Shown: one piece after another, positions 42,365 through 51,945 of the stretch
Layout of the letters: each line of letters starts with the position of its first letter
Numbering within the stretch: position 1 is the stretch's first letter
Origin: an uncultured Candidatus Saccharibacteria bacterium
Lineage (GTDB): Bacteria; Patescibacteriota; Minisyncoccia; Phycocordibacterales; CAYGLL01
Direction: 5' to 3'
Assembly: GCA_964350935.1 (NCBI GenBank)
Contig: CAYGLL010000004.1
Span: 9,267 to 73,266 of the forward strand
DNA length: 64,000 bases
Notes under the pieces: model-generated
The model's input: the letters and a program-made list of their open reading frames with translations, nothing else
The model's database searches: none
What the model was told of the DNA's origin: nothing
Translations under genes and position numbers: made by a program

Positions 42365-42904
42365 TTGAAACGTATGAATACTAAGAACATCGTTGTCGGC
42401 TCAACGAGTCAGTTGAAACTCTCTGCGGTTAGAAAAGCAGTTCTCCAAAGTAAGTTTAGTGGCATCGAACCAATAGGTGTTTCGGCTCAGTCGGGACAGA
42501 ATGAGCAACCTGTTGGTTTTGACGAAACGTATGAAGGCGCACTCAAGCGAGCATGGCAGGCTCGCAGTGCTTACCCCGAAGCGCTCTGCATTGGTATCGA
42601 GAGTGGTCTTTGGGTTTCTAATAGCGCCCCCGGCAGGCAAGAAAAATTTTTTGATTTTGCGGTCATTGTACTCCTTACCCACGGTGGGTACGAGATTTCT
42701 ACGACTACGTCTGCAATTGAGCTTCCAAAAAAGTTCGTAGACATTGCTCAATCAATTGGGTTTGCAACAAAAACCGTTGGTTCAGTAATCGCCGAGAAAC
42801 TGGGAGGAGATCCCGCGGATCCTCACACCACTCTGACCAACCGTCAGATTACTCGTGAAGAAACTATCGTAGCGAGCCTAACATTTCTTCTCCGGCTCGC
42901 TTGA
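42365..42904 (+). CDS. yjjX: non-canonical purine NTP phosphatase (YjjX/inosine-xanthosine triphosphatase family)
   Basis: VGSTSQLKLSAVR...IGVSA.SG...QP.GF.ET..GA..RA and PEALCIGIESGL match the YjjX family. Confidence 0.6.
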   Translation: MKRMNTKNIVVGSTSQLKLSAVRKAVLQSKFSGIEPIGVSAQSGQNEQPVGFDETYEGALKRAWQARSAYPEALCIGIESGLWVSNSAPGRQEKFFDFAVIVLLTHGGYEISTTTSAIELPKKFVDIAQSIGFATKTVGSVIAEKLGGDPADPHTTLTNRQITREETIVASLTFLLRLA

Positions 42905-42955
42905 AATACGAGTCAATTTCCCCGATTGCACATCTGTTGTGTGATCGGGGTTTTT

Positions 42956-43615
42956 CTATTCAAACGACAAAAAAGGTGTTGGGTCAGGAAAACGAAGCGC
43001 GTCAATTTTTGTTTCGTCGGCGTGGCCATAGCCGTCGAGCTCGGCCCAGAGATTGTTCTCTTCTATCTCTTTGAAATATTGTTCGGTAATACATTGCACA
43101 TGGAGGTGCGGAAACCAGTTTCCGTTATACGGAGCGTTGCCGACTTTTGCCAGAATGTGATCCTTGAGGATTAGGTCACCGACTTTATTTTTTATTTCCC
43201 GGTCAAGGTGTGCGTAAATAAAATAAAATGGTTTGTTTGCATGTTTCAAAATGATTCGTGTTCCCCAGCCGCCATTCTCAGGATAATCATCGTCAATTTT
43301 TATTACTGTTGCATCAAATGAAGCCGCGATGAGTGTCCCAGCCGGAGCATTAATGTCAATTCCGAGGTGGATATACGTCTTCCACTGATCAAGATAGCTC
43401 CCCTTCCACAACGTGCTTCGATCTTCGAGCCAGCCACCATACGAAAAATCAACCCCAAGTTTTTTGTGAATTGTACGCACAAAAACATCGCAGGTTTCAG
43501 GATTGAGTAGCGGATTTACATCGTTACCGGTGCTGTTTTTCTTCAACCATTCGATTGCTTCAGTGTTGAGATTAACTATTGCTCCCCTCCTTCCTTCTAA
43601 TTCAGGAAAAATCAT
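42956..43615 (-). CDS. M23-family peptidase domain protein without signal peptide
   Basis: HLGIDINAPAGT..A...G.V and GWGTRIILKH...YAHL M23 motifs. Confidence 0.6.
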   Translation of the reverse strand: MIFPELEGRRGAIVNLNTEAIEWLKKNSTGNDVNPLLNPETCDVFVRTIHKKLGVDFSYGGWLEDRSTLWKGSYLDQWKTYIHLGIDINAPAGTLIAASFDATVIKIDDDYPENGGWGTRIILKHANKPFYFIYAHLDREIKNKVGDLILKDHILAKVGNAPYNGNWFPHLHVQCITEQYFKEIEENNLWAELDGYGHADETKIDALRFPDPTPFLSFE

Positions 43616-43629
43616 GTAAATAAAAATGT

Positions 43630-44226
43630 TTAAAGATTTTGTATGAGAGTGACGAGCTCGGGAAATTCTTCCTGAAGGAAGTGTCCGCGATTTTCGAAAA
43701 TTACCACCTCCGATTTAGGAAGCAGTTTACGGTATTTTTCATGGTTTATAAACGGAACAATAGGATCATCCTTGCTCTGAATGAGAAATATTTTCGAACC
43801 CTGGTTTTGAAGACCATTTAAATCACGCGGAATAATAAAATCCGCAAGTGATTCGGTGTCAGTAGAATCAAATGGTGGAGCAATAAGAAAAGTTGCTTTA
43901 ATTTTTTTTGGAAATTTGTTTTTAGTAAGGTATTTTGCGAGAAAGAGAGCACCGAGCGAATGGCCGACTAAAATCAATCCGTCGTTTAAAAAAGGAAAAA
44001 ATTTTTCAAACCAAATTTTCCATTCCATATACTTTGCATTCAAACTGCTGGGCATTCGCGGCTGTATGACTTCAAAACCATTTCCCAGTTTTTCCTGAAG
44101 CGAACTCTTCCACCCCTTTTTGGTAAAGTAATCTCTATCAAAGGTAAAATCAGTAAGAAATTTTAAGTATCCCTCATAAGTATCGAACGTGTCTCCGCCA
44201 TGTATGACGACAACCTGTGTTTTCAT
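43630..44226 (-). CDS. alpha/beta hydrolase, RBBP9/YdeN-like serine hydrolase
   Basis: VIHGG.. then GHSLG nucleophile elbow; roughly 200 aa typical of YdeN family. Confidence 0.55.
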   Translation of the reverse strand: MKTQVVVIHGGDTFDTYEGYLKFLTDFTFDRDYFTKKGWKSSLQEKLGNGFEVIQPRMPSSLNAKYMEWKIWFEKFFPFLNDGLILVGHSLGALFLAKYLTKNKFPKKIKATFLIAPPFDSTDTESLADFIIPRDLNGLQNQGSKIFLIQSKDDPIVPFINHEKYRKLLPKSEVVIFENRGHFLQEEFPELVTLIQNL

Positions 44227-44804
44227 AATTGAGATTTAGTTTCAATTTTTTGTTTTATACCTTCTTTTTTCTGCCACATCAAAATATCGTAGCCGGAAAG
44301 TACCCGGTCTTCAGGTTTAATTCCGAGTGTTTTAAAGAATTCAAAAAGCTCGGTTTGAATTTTTTCTGAGTCGCCTTTTTCGGTAAGTTTTTCCATTTCA
44401 ATAAACGCACCCAGCCCTTCAACATCATCAATACAAATTTCGTTGCCCTGATAATTGGTTATTACGCGAACCTTGTTTACGCGGATTGCTTCTTTGTACC
44501 CCATAAGTAAAATCGCCTGTTCCATTTCTTCTTTTGAGCTAATGGCGGTTTCATATTCAATCGCGTCGAGATCGTTACTCATGCGTTTCTTTATCGTAAA
44601 AAGATATTTAGGCCCATTCTTTTCGCGAATTCTAAGAAATACGTCATTGGTTCGAAAATCTTTAAGCGAAGCGACATTTCGGGCAAACACGACATCCTTC
44701 TGTGTTATTGGTTCGTCAAATACACATCCAAGCTCGGTGAGCTTTTTCATCACCGCCTCCCTGTCTTTAAGTTTTGCTTTTATCTCAACTTCTTTCATAC
44801 TCAA
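44223..44804 (-). CDS. CYTH domain protein (CyaB/ThTPase-like triphosphate tunnel metalloenzyme)
   Basis: N-terminal EVEIKAKL (ExExK) signature; 193 aa. Confidence 0.65.
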   Translation of the reverse strand: MSMKEVEIKAKLKDREAVMKKLTELGCVFDEPITQKDVVFARNVASLKDFRTNDVFLRIREKNGPKYLFTIKKRMSNDLDAIEYETAISSKEEMEQAILLMGYKEAIRVNKVRVITNYQGNEICIDDVEGLGAFIEMEKLTEKGDSEKIQTELFEFFKTLGIKPEDRVLSGYDILMWQKKEGIKQKIETKSQL

Positions 44805-45364
44805 AATTTATTTAATTCGTCTAGTATCTCAGGTAATTTCACATAGCCGTCATCCTCAGTAATATGCCCCGCATTTCGTAAAGACACAATTTTCGAACCA
44901 ATTTCAATGAATTTAAGTTTGTTCATCCCACCGGCGCCAAATGGATCATTATCGGAAATGATAAGCGTGGATTTCGGCAAAATCGTTCGAATTTTAGTCG
45001 CATCAATTGGAGTGATAATCCAGGGCTCGGCAATACGTTCAACCTCTTTGTCCTCAAGATTTTCAAGTTTAAACCAGCCAGCAACAAACACCGCACCACC
45101 CACCGGTTCAGAGAGCGTTTCGAGATAGCGCAAAATGGTCTGGCAACCAATGCTGTGCCCAACAAAAAAAGTATTCTCATCGGCTTTGACTACAACTTGA
45201 GCAAGATGCTCTACCCATTTTTCAATCACCGGAGTTTCAGTGTCCGGCATTTCTGGAACAAAAACATCGTGTCCGAGTTTTTCTAATTCTTTTTTTAGCC
45301 ACGGTCGCCAGTCATCATTCGGGCTCCCGCTCCATCGGTGAACAATAAAAATTCGTTTTTTCAT
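44801..45364 (-). CDS. alpha/beta hydrolase, RBBP9/YdeN-like serine hydrolase (paralog)
   Basis: IFIVHRWSGSP..W then GHSIGC nucleophile elbow; ATG start internal to TTG-initiated ORF. Confidence 0.55.
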   Translation of the reverse strand: MKKRIFIVHRWSGSPNDDWRPWLKKELEKLGHDVFVPEMPDTETPVIEKWVEHLAQVVVKADENTFFVGHSIGCQTILRYLETLSEPVGGAVFVAGWFKLENLEDKEVERIAEPWIITPIDATKIRTILPKSTLIISDNDPFGAGGMNKLKFIEIGSKIVSLRNAGHITEDDGYVKLPEILDELNKF

Positions 45365-45496
45365 AGGTAGTAACTTTCTTTGGTGTTTCAAAGTCTAACA
45401 GGATTTGGTTGTTACTGCATCTTTCGTGCGCACGGATACGTCGAGTTTTCTTCAATTAAAAACACACCCGCCCGTGAGGACCGGTGTGTTTTTTTG

Positions 45497-47311
45497 TTAG
45501 CTGATGGCCAAGTTCTGATCCTGAGCCAGCTGCCTGAATGTGGGCGAACATTCGTGGAGTTCCGGGAAGGTTGCGGCGCTTGCCTCAACCGAACCCTCTA
45601 CCATCACGACAATCTTATCGGCCGACTGGACTGTTGAAAGTCGATGCGCGATAACCAGCGTGCTAATACCAGACACGAGCTCGTTTAAACCCAGAAGTAC
45701 GGATTTCTCTGTTGTTGAGTCGAGGTGACTCGTGGCTTCGTCGATAAGCATGAGGCGTGGTTGTTTGATGACTGCTGCTCCGATTGCTAGGCGCTGAGCC
45801 TGGCCGCCTGAGAGCTGCACACCTTCACGTCCCACAACGATATCGAGCGGATTTTCATCTTCCGGCCTGCGACCAAAGTTGATCGCAAGCGTCGTCATGA
45901 GTTTCTGGAGCTTCTCATCGCTCCATGTTCCTCGATCAGCTTTCGGCAGTGCGTACAAGAGATTGTCTCGTACGGTTCCGTCGAATATCTGAGCTCGCTG
46001 TGGAATGTAGGCAACTGCCTTTCGCCATGAATTGAGTGTGATCTCGCGAATATCTCTGCCATTCGCCTCGATGATTCCCGCAATCGGATCCATGAAGCGC
46101 AGTGCCAGATATTGAAGCGTTGATTTCCCGGCACCTGAGGGGCCGACCAATGCTACGCGCTCGCCTTTCTTTACCGTGAACGAAACGTTGCTGATCGTCT
46201 CACTTTTCTCACCGGCCTGGTAGCGATAGCTCACACTGTTGAAGGTAAGCTCAATTGGCCCGGATGAATTCAGAGCGACTGCCTGTACCGAATCGCAAAC
46301 CGCAGCTTTCGTTTCAAGCGTTGCCATCATCACTTTGAGCGTTGGAAGATATCCCATAATGATGCGTTGAATTTTTCCCACGCGCCAGATGTTTGAGGTA
46401 ATGACACTCGTCCACGCGTACAAAGGATAAAGTGTGCTTACCGAAGTCCACTCTCCTCTCATAACGAGATGTGCGCCGTACGCAACCACTGCAAGCTGGA
46501 CGATGACATTTGCCATGTCGCGAACTGTTGTCTGACGAAGATGCCAGAGCCAGAAGCGTTTATCCCTAATGATGATTGTGTTCCAACGATCATCAAGCTC
46601 AGAGAGTTCGTCTTCCTCTTTAGCACTGATGACCACGCGCTCGGCGAATTTCCAGCGTGATGCCATGTAGCGTTCAAAAGCCGAAAACTCTTCTTCGATG
46701 TACGGACACTCCTTGGCAACACGATAGTTGAGGTAGAGGGTCCATGAGAAGTAGACAGCCATGAGAACGGTCATGAGAAGTCCGGCCGTAACGGAAAGAA
46801 ACCAGATGAAGGTGTACGAGACGAAGATGAGAAGTAGTACTTCAGTCGCTTCAGGTAAGTGGTCCATGTAAAAATCAAAAATTCGATTTTTACCCTTGAC
46901 CAGGCTTTCGTGGTTCAGACCCTTCAGCTCTTTGTGTTGATGAATCGATTTTTCCCAGAACTTCAGCGTAATGTTTCGGTGCAGTCTTTGGAAAACCGGT
47001 CCGAAGAGGTGTTCATGTGCTGACCAGATCCGGTTGACGCACAGACGTTCGATGATGAGGATAATTGCCAGAATAACAACTGCCGCTGTCACCTCGCTGG
47101 GATTATTTTTAATAACTCCGGCGAAGACGCGGCTGATGACGGCTGACTGAATAAGAACGAGAAGAATGAGTGTGGCCAAAGCGCCGTAGCGTACCCACAA
47201 CCAGCCTTTCATGTTGGGGTTTGCCATACGAATGGCCCAGCGACCAATCTTTCCTAAGCCCTTAAGCTCGCGGAGAAAGTCGCGCCAGTTTGATACTTTT
47301 TCTGTGTGCAT
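45497..47311 (-). CDS. ABC exporter, fused permease/ATPase
   Basis: TM domain; Walker A GPSGAGKST; LSGGQAQRLAIGAA; Walker B MLIDEATSHLD. Confidence 0.85.
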   Translation of the reverse strand: MHTEKVSNWRDFLRELKGLGKIGRWAIRMANPNMKGWLWVRYGALATLILLVLIQSAVISRVFAGVIKNNPSEVTAAVVILAIILIIERLCVNRIWSAHEHLFGPVFQRLHRNITLKFWEKSIHQHKELKGLNHESLVKGKNRIFDFYMDHLPEATEVLLLIFVSYTFIWFLSVTAGLLMTVLMAVYFSWTLYLNYRVAKECPYIEEEFSAFERYMASRWKFAERVVISAKEEDELSELDDRWNTIIIRDKRFWLWHLRQTTVRDMANVIVQLAVVAYGAHLVMRGEWTSVSTLYPLYAWTSVITSNIWRVGKIQRIIMGYLPTLKVMMATLETKAAVCDSVQAVALNSSGPIELTFNSVSYRYQAGEKSETISNVSFTVKKGERVALVGPSGAGKSTLQYLALRFMDPIAGIIEANGRDIREITLNSWRKAVAYIPQRAQIFDGTVRDNLLYALPKADRGTWSDEKLQKLMTTLAINFGRRPEDENPLDIVVGREGVQLSGGQAQRLAIGAAVIKQPRLMLIDEATSHLDSTTEKSVLLGLNELVSGISTLVIAHRLSTVQSADKIVVMVEGSVEASAATFPELHECSPTFRQLAQDQNLAIS

Positions 47312-47684
47312 GCGTTTCCTTTTCTGAGCATGTTATTGCTCGTGTTTGGTTAATAATGTTCGACCCAGGCCAGTTTTAAACAGGCCTAAAAACCGAAAGG
47401 AACTAAAATACCCTGCCGAAGACAGGGTATTTTAAGTACTCGAAGTAATAGTTAAATCAAGTAGTTATAATGCCCAGCCTTAGTGATGTAGTAGTTGAAG
47501 GAGCGTTATCCATGTATACGTATACGCCCAATGCATCGCGAGACGCTTCAAAAAGCGCCTGTGAATTTGAAATCTGATTATTTTTCATTGAAGTCATATT
47601 TTTCTCGCGATATGCGAGTTAAACTAAAGTACTCCAGTATGGCTCGGCTGTCAAGTTTATCCAATTTTGAATACAAAAACCGCT

Positions 47685-47722
47685 GACCTTTCCCTTTCGA
47701 GAAAAGCCAGCGGGTAATGAGG
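47685..47722 (-). terminator. Rho-independent terminator downstream of 71-aa ORF
   Basis: ccgctg..cagcgg hairpin followed on minus strand by tttttg. Confidence 0.5.
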
Positions 47723-47725
47723 AAA

Positions 47726-47941
47726 TTACTCCTCAATAGTTACGTACTCCGGAAACTCACGTAAGGAGCCTTCAGTTGCGCCAATCAGAGTTCCCTTGAG
47801 AACAAGCCACACAGCGTCGTGTCCACAGGGGTTAGCGATTCGCTCGATCTCATGACGCCCGGCCAGGATAGTTGTTTTTCGAGAACCCTTCTCCTTCGTA
47901 GCATCAAGGACATCCCAGTCTTGTTTAAGTACGAGAAACAT
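47726..47941 (-). CDS. hypothetical small protein
   Basis: ORF with downstream terminator; no family recognised. Confidence 0.3.
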   Translation of the reverse strand: MFLVLKQDWDVLDATKEKGSRKTTILAGRHEIERIANPCGHDAVWLVLKGTLIGATEGSLREFPEYVTIEE

Positions 47942-48076
47942 GTGTTTGCCTTTGGTTGAGGTTGACCGCTAGTATCTGCAAGTATTATTACATATATTAA
48001 TCAATATGTCAAATACTACGCAACCTAAAAAAGCCTTTATTTAAGGCTCTAAATTTAAGCTAAAATTCAATAACTC

Positions 48077-48358
48077 CTACGAATCTCCTTTAATCTCTTC
48101 TCCGACAATGTAAGTAGCTCCGTTTGGACCGACGGTTGCCGAGTGTATTTTTCCGACAGGAACATCGAATCGTTCGCCAGCTTTGACCTCCTTCTTTTCA
48201 CCTTCAAAATCAAACACGAGATTTCCTTCTGTTAGATAAAATGTCACCTTACCCTTGTGCGCGTGCGGTGGGTATGTCGTTCCCGGCTCATCACGCCAGT
48301 CGTAAACATGCGTAAATCCCTCGTCAGACAGTTTCCTTTTTAAGATTTTTTTATCCAT
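48077..48358 (-). CDS. cupin-domain protein
   Basis: PPHAHKGKVTFYLTEG.....GE then two-His site KIHSA typical of cupin_2 fold. Confidence 0.55.
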   Translation of the reverse strand: MDKKILKRKLSDEGFTHVYDWRDEPGTTYPPHAHKGKVTFYLTEGNLVFDFEGEKKEVKAGERFDVPVGKIHSATVGPNGATYIVGEEIKGDS

Positions 48359-48420
48359 AAAAACTAAAGTTGCCAAGTGGGACGTTATGGATTCAGGAGT
48401 TAAATAGATTGTTGCACCCG

Positions 48421-49047
48421 TTAGTACATTTTTTGTTCCCACTCAGGTTTCGGGGTATCTCCTCGCTGTTGAGGTGTCGACTCGCTCCGTAGTTCCCTAC
48501 TCTGCTCTTTAAAAAGTCCAAAATTGTCTTGGAGATAGGTAAAGTATTTTTCCCTTACTATGCGTAAAAGGTCGTCACGGTAATCAATTTTTTCTGCCTG
48601 GGCAGCCATTTCCTCGCGAGCTTCGTTCAGCACACGATGATGACTGTTTTCTCTGTGTCGAGCAATTATCGCACCCTTCTCAATAGCCTCGTCTAAACCA
48701 GGTATCTTGTTGGAGTCCGAAGCCGCGTGTCCCTTATAGATTTCCTTAGTAATTGCATCTGATGCGGCGATCCACATTTCATTGAGAATGTCCGGCGTGA
48801 GCTTTGTTTTTTCAGGATTAAATTTCTTGAACTTTTCCTTTCCAAGTTGTTCTGCAGTATGGTACATGCTGTTGGATATTTTTTTGGCAAGTTTGGAAAT
48901 GTAATCCGCCGTTGACCAGCCAGGATAAGAAAAAGGGACCACCGTGTATCGGTCCTTAATCTCGAGCATCTCATACACGGTTTCTCGGAGAAATCCCTCG
49001 ATAATTTCCTCATTCGCTATTTCGTTTACATAGAGTGCGTTATTCAT
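48421..49047 (-). CDS. hypothetical protein
   Basis: 208-aa ORF; no family recognised. Confidence 0.35.
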   Translation of the reverse strand: MNNALYVNEIANEEIIEGFLRETVYEMLEIKDRYTVVPFSYPGWSTADYISKLAKKISNSMYHTAEQLGKEKFKKFNPEKTKLTPDILNEMWIAASDAITKEIYKGHAASDSNKIPGLDEAIEKGAIIARHRENSHHRVLNEAREEMAAQAEKIDYRDDLLRIVREKYFTYLQDNFGLFKEQSRELRSESTPQQRGDTPKPEWEQKMY

Positions 49048-49126
49048 AGATAGTACTATTGTATCAATTTACACAAAACTCGTCCTTAAGCACGACTATC
49101 GGTTTAATTGATTCGGGATAATTCAT

Positions 49127-49567
49127 TTAGACCGAATTAGCTTCTACTATAGTGTCGGTTAGAAATTCCTGAATTGATTTAATAACAGAAGTTTTTTCTG
49201 CCGGATCACTTGCGGCGACATTTTTTGCGATAGTATATATCATGGTATTTGTGGCTTTAATCCACTTTCCATTTTGATCAAGAAAATAGAGAAGTGCCGT
49301 AACCGCAACGCGTTTATTGCCATTCTGAAAGGGGTGATTTTTTATCATCAAATAGAAAAGAATCGCCGATTTCTCGATTAGTCCTTTGTAGAGGCTTTTT
49401 CGCTGAAATGTTTGAAATGGAGTTGCTAAACAGCTTTCAAGAACCTGCGGAAATCGAGTATTAAATTCTGGAATGGGTTCATTCCACTCCATCAGTTCTT
49501 TAGCAAGCTGATGTGCTACATACTCAACTTCGACAATTTTGATCCTGTGTATGTTTCTCCGTCCCAT
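49127..49567 (-). CDS. doc: Doc (death-on-curing) Fic-family toxin
   Basis: Fic/Doc core motif HPFQNGNKRVAVTAL. Confidence 0.75.
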   Translation of the reverse strand: MGRRNIHRIKIVEVEYVAHQLAKELMEWNEPIPEFNTRFPQVLESCLATPFQTFQRKSLYKGLIEKSAILFYLMIKNHPFQNGNKRVAVTALLYFLDQNGKWIKATNTMIYTIAKNVAASDPAEKTSVIKSIQEFLTDTIVEANSV

Positions 49568-49568
49568 A

Positions 49569-49844
49569 TTATTCCTTACCTAATTTGCGCAATGCTTCTC
49601 CATACTGGCGAACAACCCTTCCTACAGCTTTATCTATCTTTTCTTTTTTGTTTTCGGTAAGAAAATGCCCGAGAATAGACTCAAGTTCTACTCGTGGAAT
49701 GATATAGTTGCGGCCAATTTTTTGAGCTTTAATTTTGCCAGACTTAATTTTCTTAAATATTGCAATGCGGCTTACACCCAGTAATTGTGCAAGTTCCGGG
49801 GTCGAAAAATACTGTTTATTAGAATTACCCATATTGTTAGTCAT
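49569..49844 (-). CDS. helix-turn-helix DNA-binding antitoxin partner of Doc
   Basis: N-terminal HTH (FSTPELAQLLGVSRIAIFKKIKSGKI); stop overlaps the doc start by 1 nt. Confidence 0.6.
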   Translation of the reverse strand: MTNNMGNSNKQYFSTPELAQLLGVSRIAIFKKIKSGKIKAQKIGRNYIIPRVELESILGHFLTENKKEKIDKAVGRVVRQYGEALRKLGKE

Positions 49845-49888
49845 TTTTACAGGTTAACACAGGTTAACCTGTAATTCAATCTGTGGAT

Positions 49889-50224
49889 TTAGAAAATAGA
49901 GTTGCCAAGAGAAACTTCGGTTTGAGTTGTGAGATAGATGGTTTCGCCTTTATCATTCTGGACACCAAGAATAAGAACTTCAGATTTTTCCGGGCCCATT
50001 TGTTTGATTCCAAGGTTTACGACGGCCACGACCTGTTTTCCGATTAAGTCCTCTTTTGTGTAGTTTCGATAAGCACCACACGATACTTTTATCCCGATTT
50101 CTGGCCCAAGATCAACCGTAATCCGGTACGTCGGTTTCTTGGTCGCTGCGTCCTCGACATTAACTATCCTTGCTACTCGAATATCGAGTGCGTCGAAATT
50201 TTTGAATTCAGCGAAAGGTTTCAT
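49889..50224 (-). CDS. csaA: tRNA-binding protein (CsaA/Trbp111-like, EMAP/Myf OB-fold), copy 1
   Basis: LDIRVARIV.VE.....KKPTYRITVDLGPE...KVSCG; 111 aa. Confidence 0.7.
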   Translation of the reverse strand: MKPFAEFKNFDALDIRVARIVNVEDAATKKPTYRITVDLGPEIGIKVSCGAYRNYTKEDLIGKQVVAVVNLGIKQMGPEKSEVLILGVQNDKGETIYLTTQTEVSLGNSIF

Positions 50225-50240
50225 GCTAAATATAAATTAC

Positions 50241-51023
50241 TCATTCATCTTTACCGAAATCCTCAAACCTTTCGTTAAACATGTCCATATAATCATCATA
50301 CCCATGACTAGTAGCGCGAGCGCTCTCGACAGAATTTTTAATTGAGTCTGTATAAGTGCGCAGAGCATAATTCTTGATATGCTCAATTACTGCATCCCTT
50401 TGGATTGTGAACTGGTCTCCTTCCTCTTCATCCAGAAATGGTTTGATTTTCTTCAACGCAAAAGCCCAGGCATCTCTTTCTGATAAGAGTTGTCTTGCAA
50501 GATGGTCCACTAACTGAGTTGAATGCTTCTCAGGACCAAACTCTGCCTCTCCTTTTGCTTGCTCAATAATGTGACCTCCTTCGTGGAATAAGCCAAGTAT
50601 GGTTTTAGGTGCGGCAAGTTTCCCAAAAAGCACTATTCGTTTGCTGTCCGGATACACAATGTCACTATGGTCTGCCGCGGTTGTGTCGAAATAAACATTA
50701 TAGTCAGGTGGCACTATATCAAATAATTGTACGGAGATATTTTTATCCCTTCGAGATAGCGTAAATGTTTTTAGTCTCATGAGCGTATCAGGAGTTGGCT
50801 CGTGTGGTTGAAAAGGTTTTTTATCTTCTTGAGTTAGTGGTTCATAGGAAATCTCCAATTCAAACGGAGGATTTTCAATCTTAACGTCGCCGCCTTCATT
50901 TTGGTACGTAATTTCGCCAAATGGCTTTGAAAGAATTTCTTTTGCAGCAAAAAATTCCTCATTTGAGGTTTCGTCTTTGGGAATATGCTTGTTTAGATAT
51001 TCACTTGGAGATTCAGGTCTCAT
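50241..51023 (-). CDS. hypothetical protein with HExxH zinc-metallopeptidase-like motif
   Basis: GLFHEGGHIIE (HExxH) in predicted helical context; no signal peptide; no family recognised. Confidence 0.35.
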   Translation of the reverse strand: MRPESPSEYLNKHIPKDETSNEEFFAAKEILSKPFGEITYQNEGGDVKIENPPFELEISYEPLTQEDKKPFQPHEPTPDTLMRLKTFTLSRRDKNISVQLFDIVPPDYNVYFDTTAADHSDIVYPDSKRIVLFGKLAAPKTILGLFHEGGHIIEQAKGEAEFGPEKHSTQLVDHLARQLLSERDAWAFALKKIKPFLDEEEGDQFTIQRDAVIEHIKNYALRTYTDSIKNSVESARATSHGYDDYMDMFNERFEDFGKDE

Positions 51024-51058
51024 GCTATTTACATTCAGCTTGGGGTTTCATGAGTAAA

Positions 51059-51943
51059 TTATATCAATTCAGTTGTTTCCGATCTATTTACTAGATACAC
51101 GCTTATTAAAACCAGTGCCCCTCCGATGAGTTCTCGAAGCAGTGGGGCTTCTTTAAAAAGAAAAACGGAATACAAAAGCGCGAATATTGTTTCCAGTGTA
51201 AGGATGTTTGCAGCCACAATTACTTTCAATCTCTGAAATCCATAATTGGTAAGGAAAAGATTGGCGACGTTAAAAATAGCTCCTGCAAAGAGCGCGAGCA
51301 ATATAAAAGGTGTAAATTGATCGAGCGTAGGGGTTGGTTCGCCTAGAACAAGCGAAGTGATAAAAAGGAAAATTGCTCCCGCAAAAAACATAAAGGTAGT
51401 ACTTTCTTTGTTGTTGAGGTAGTCACTGTGCCATTTACGTGCAATGTAACTAAAATCAAAGGCAAGCATTGAAAGTAGCGCCATAACTTCGCCGTACCCA
51501 ATCTTGAAAGTTGAAAAATTAACGAGAGAAATAAGGAGTACACCGACAAAACCAATACAGACATACAATACGGTCTTGGTTTTAAGTCGTTCCCCCAAAA
51601 GAAAATATCCCATGATAGGAAGTAGTGGCAATGCCGCGATGAACGATGCATTTCCGTACTTCGTGTTGAGTAGGGCCTCGGTAAACAAGGTAACTCCAAG
51701 GTAAAGTGTAATTGACCGAAATATCAAAACCCCAAGATCGTTTTTAGAAAGATTTTTATATTTACTCCAACTAATGTCTCTAGAGAAAACAACGCAGGCA
51801 AGAAGAAAAGCTAAACCAATTCTCAAATACGTCTGTTCAAATAGTTCGAAGCTTGTCGCAAGATACCTCGCAAAGATTCCCATTGTTGCGAAGACAAAGG
51901 CAAGTACTACTAGTGCGACTACCCCTTTTTTATTTTCAGACAT
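51059..51943 (-). CDS. EamA-family (DMT superfamily) transporter
   Basis: 10 predicted TM helices in two 5-TM repeats. Confidence 0.65.
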   Translation of the reverse strand: MSENKKGVVALVVLAFVFATMGIFARYLATSFELFEQTYLRIGLAFLLACVVFSRDISWSKYKNLSKNDLGVLIFRSITLYLGVTLFTEALLNTKYGNASFIAALPLLPIMGYFLLGERLKTKTVLYVCIGFVGVLLISLVNFSTFKIGYGEVMALLSMLAFDFSYIARKWHSDYLNNKESTTFMFFAGAIFLFITSLVLGEPTPTLDQFTPFILLALFAGAIFNVANLFLTNYGFQRLKVIVAANILTLETIFALLYSVFLFKEAPLLRELIGGALVLISVYLVNRSETTELI

Positions 51944-51945
51944 AA

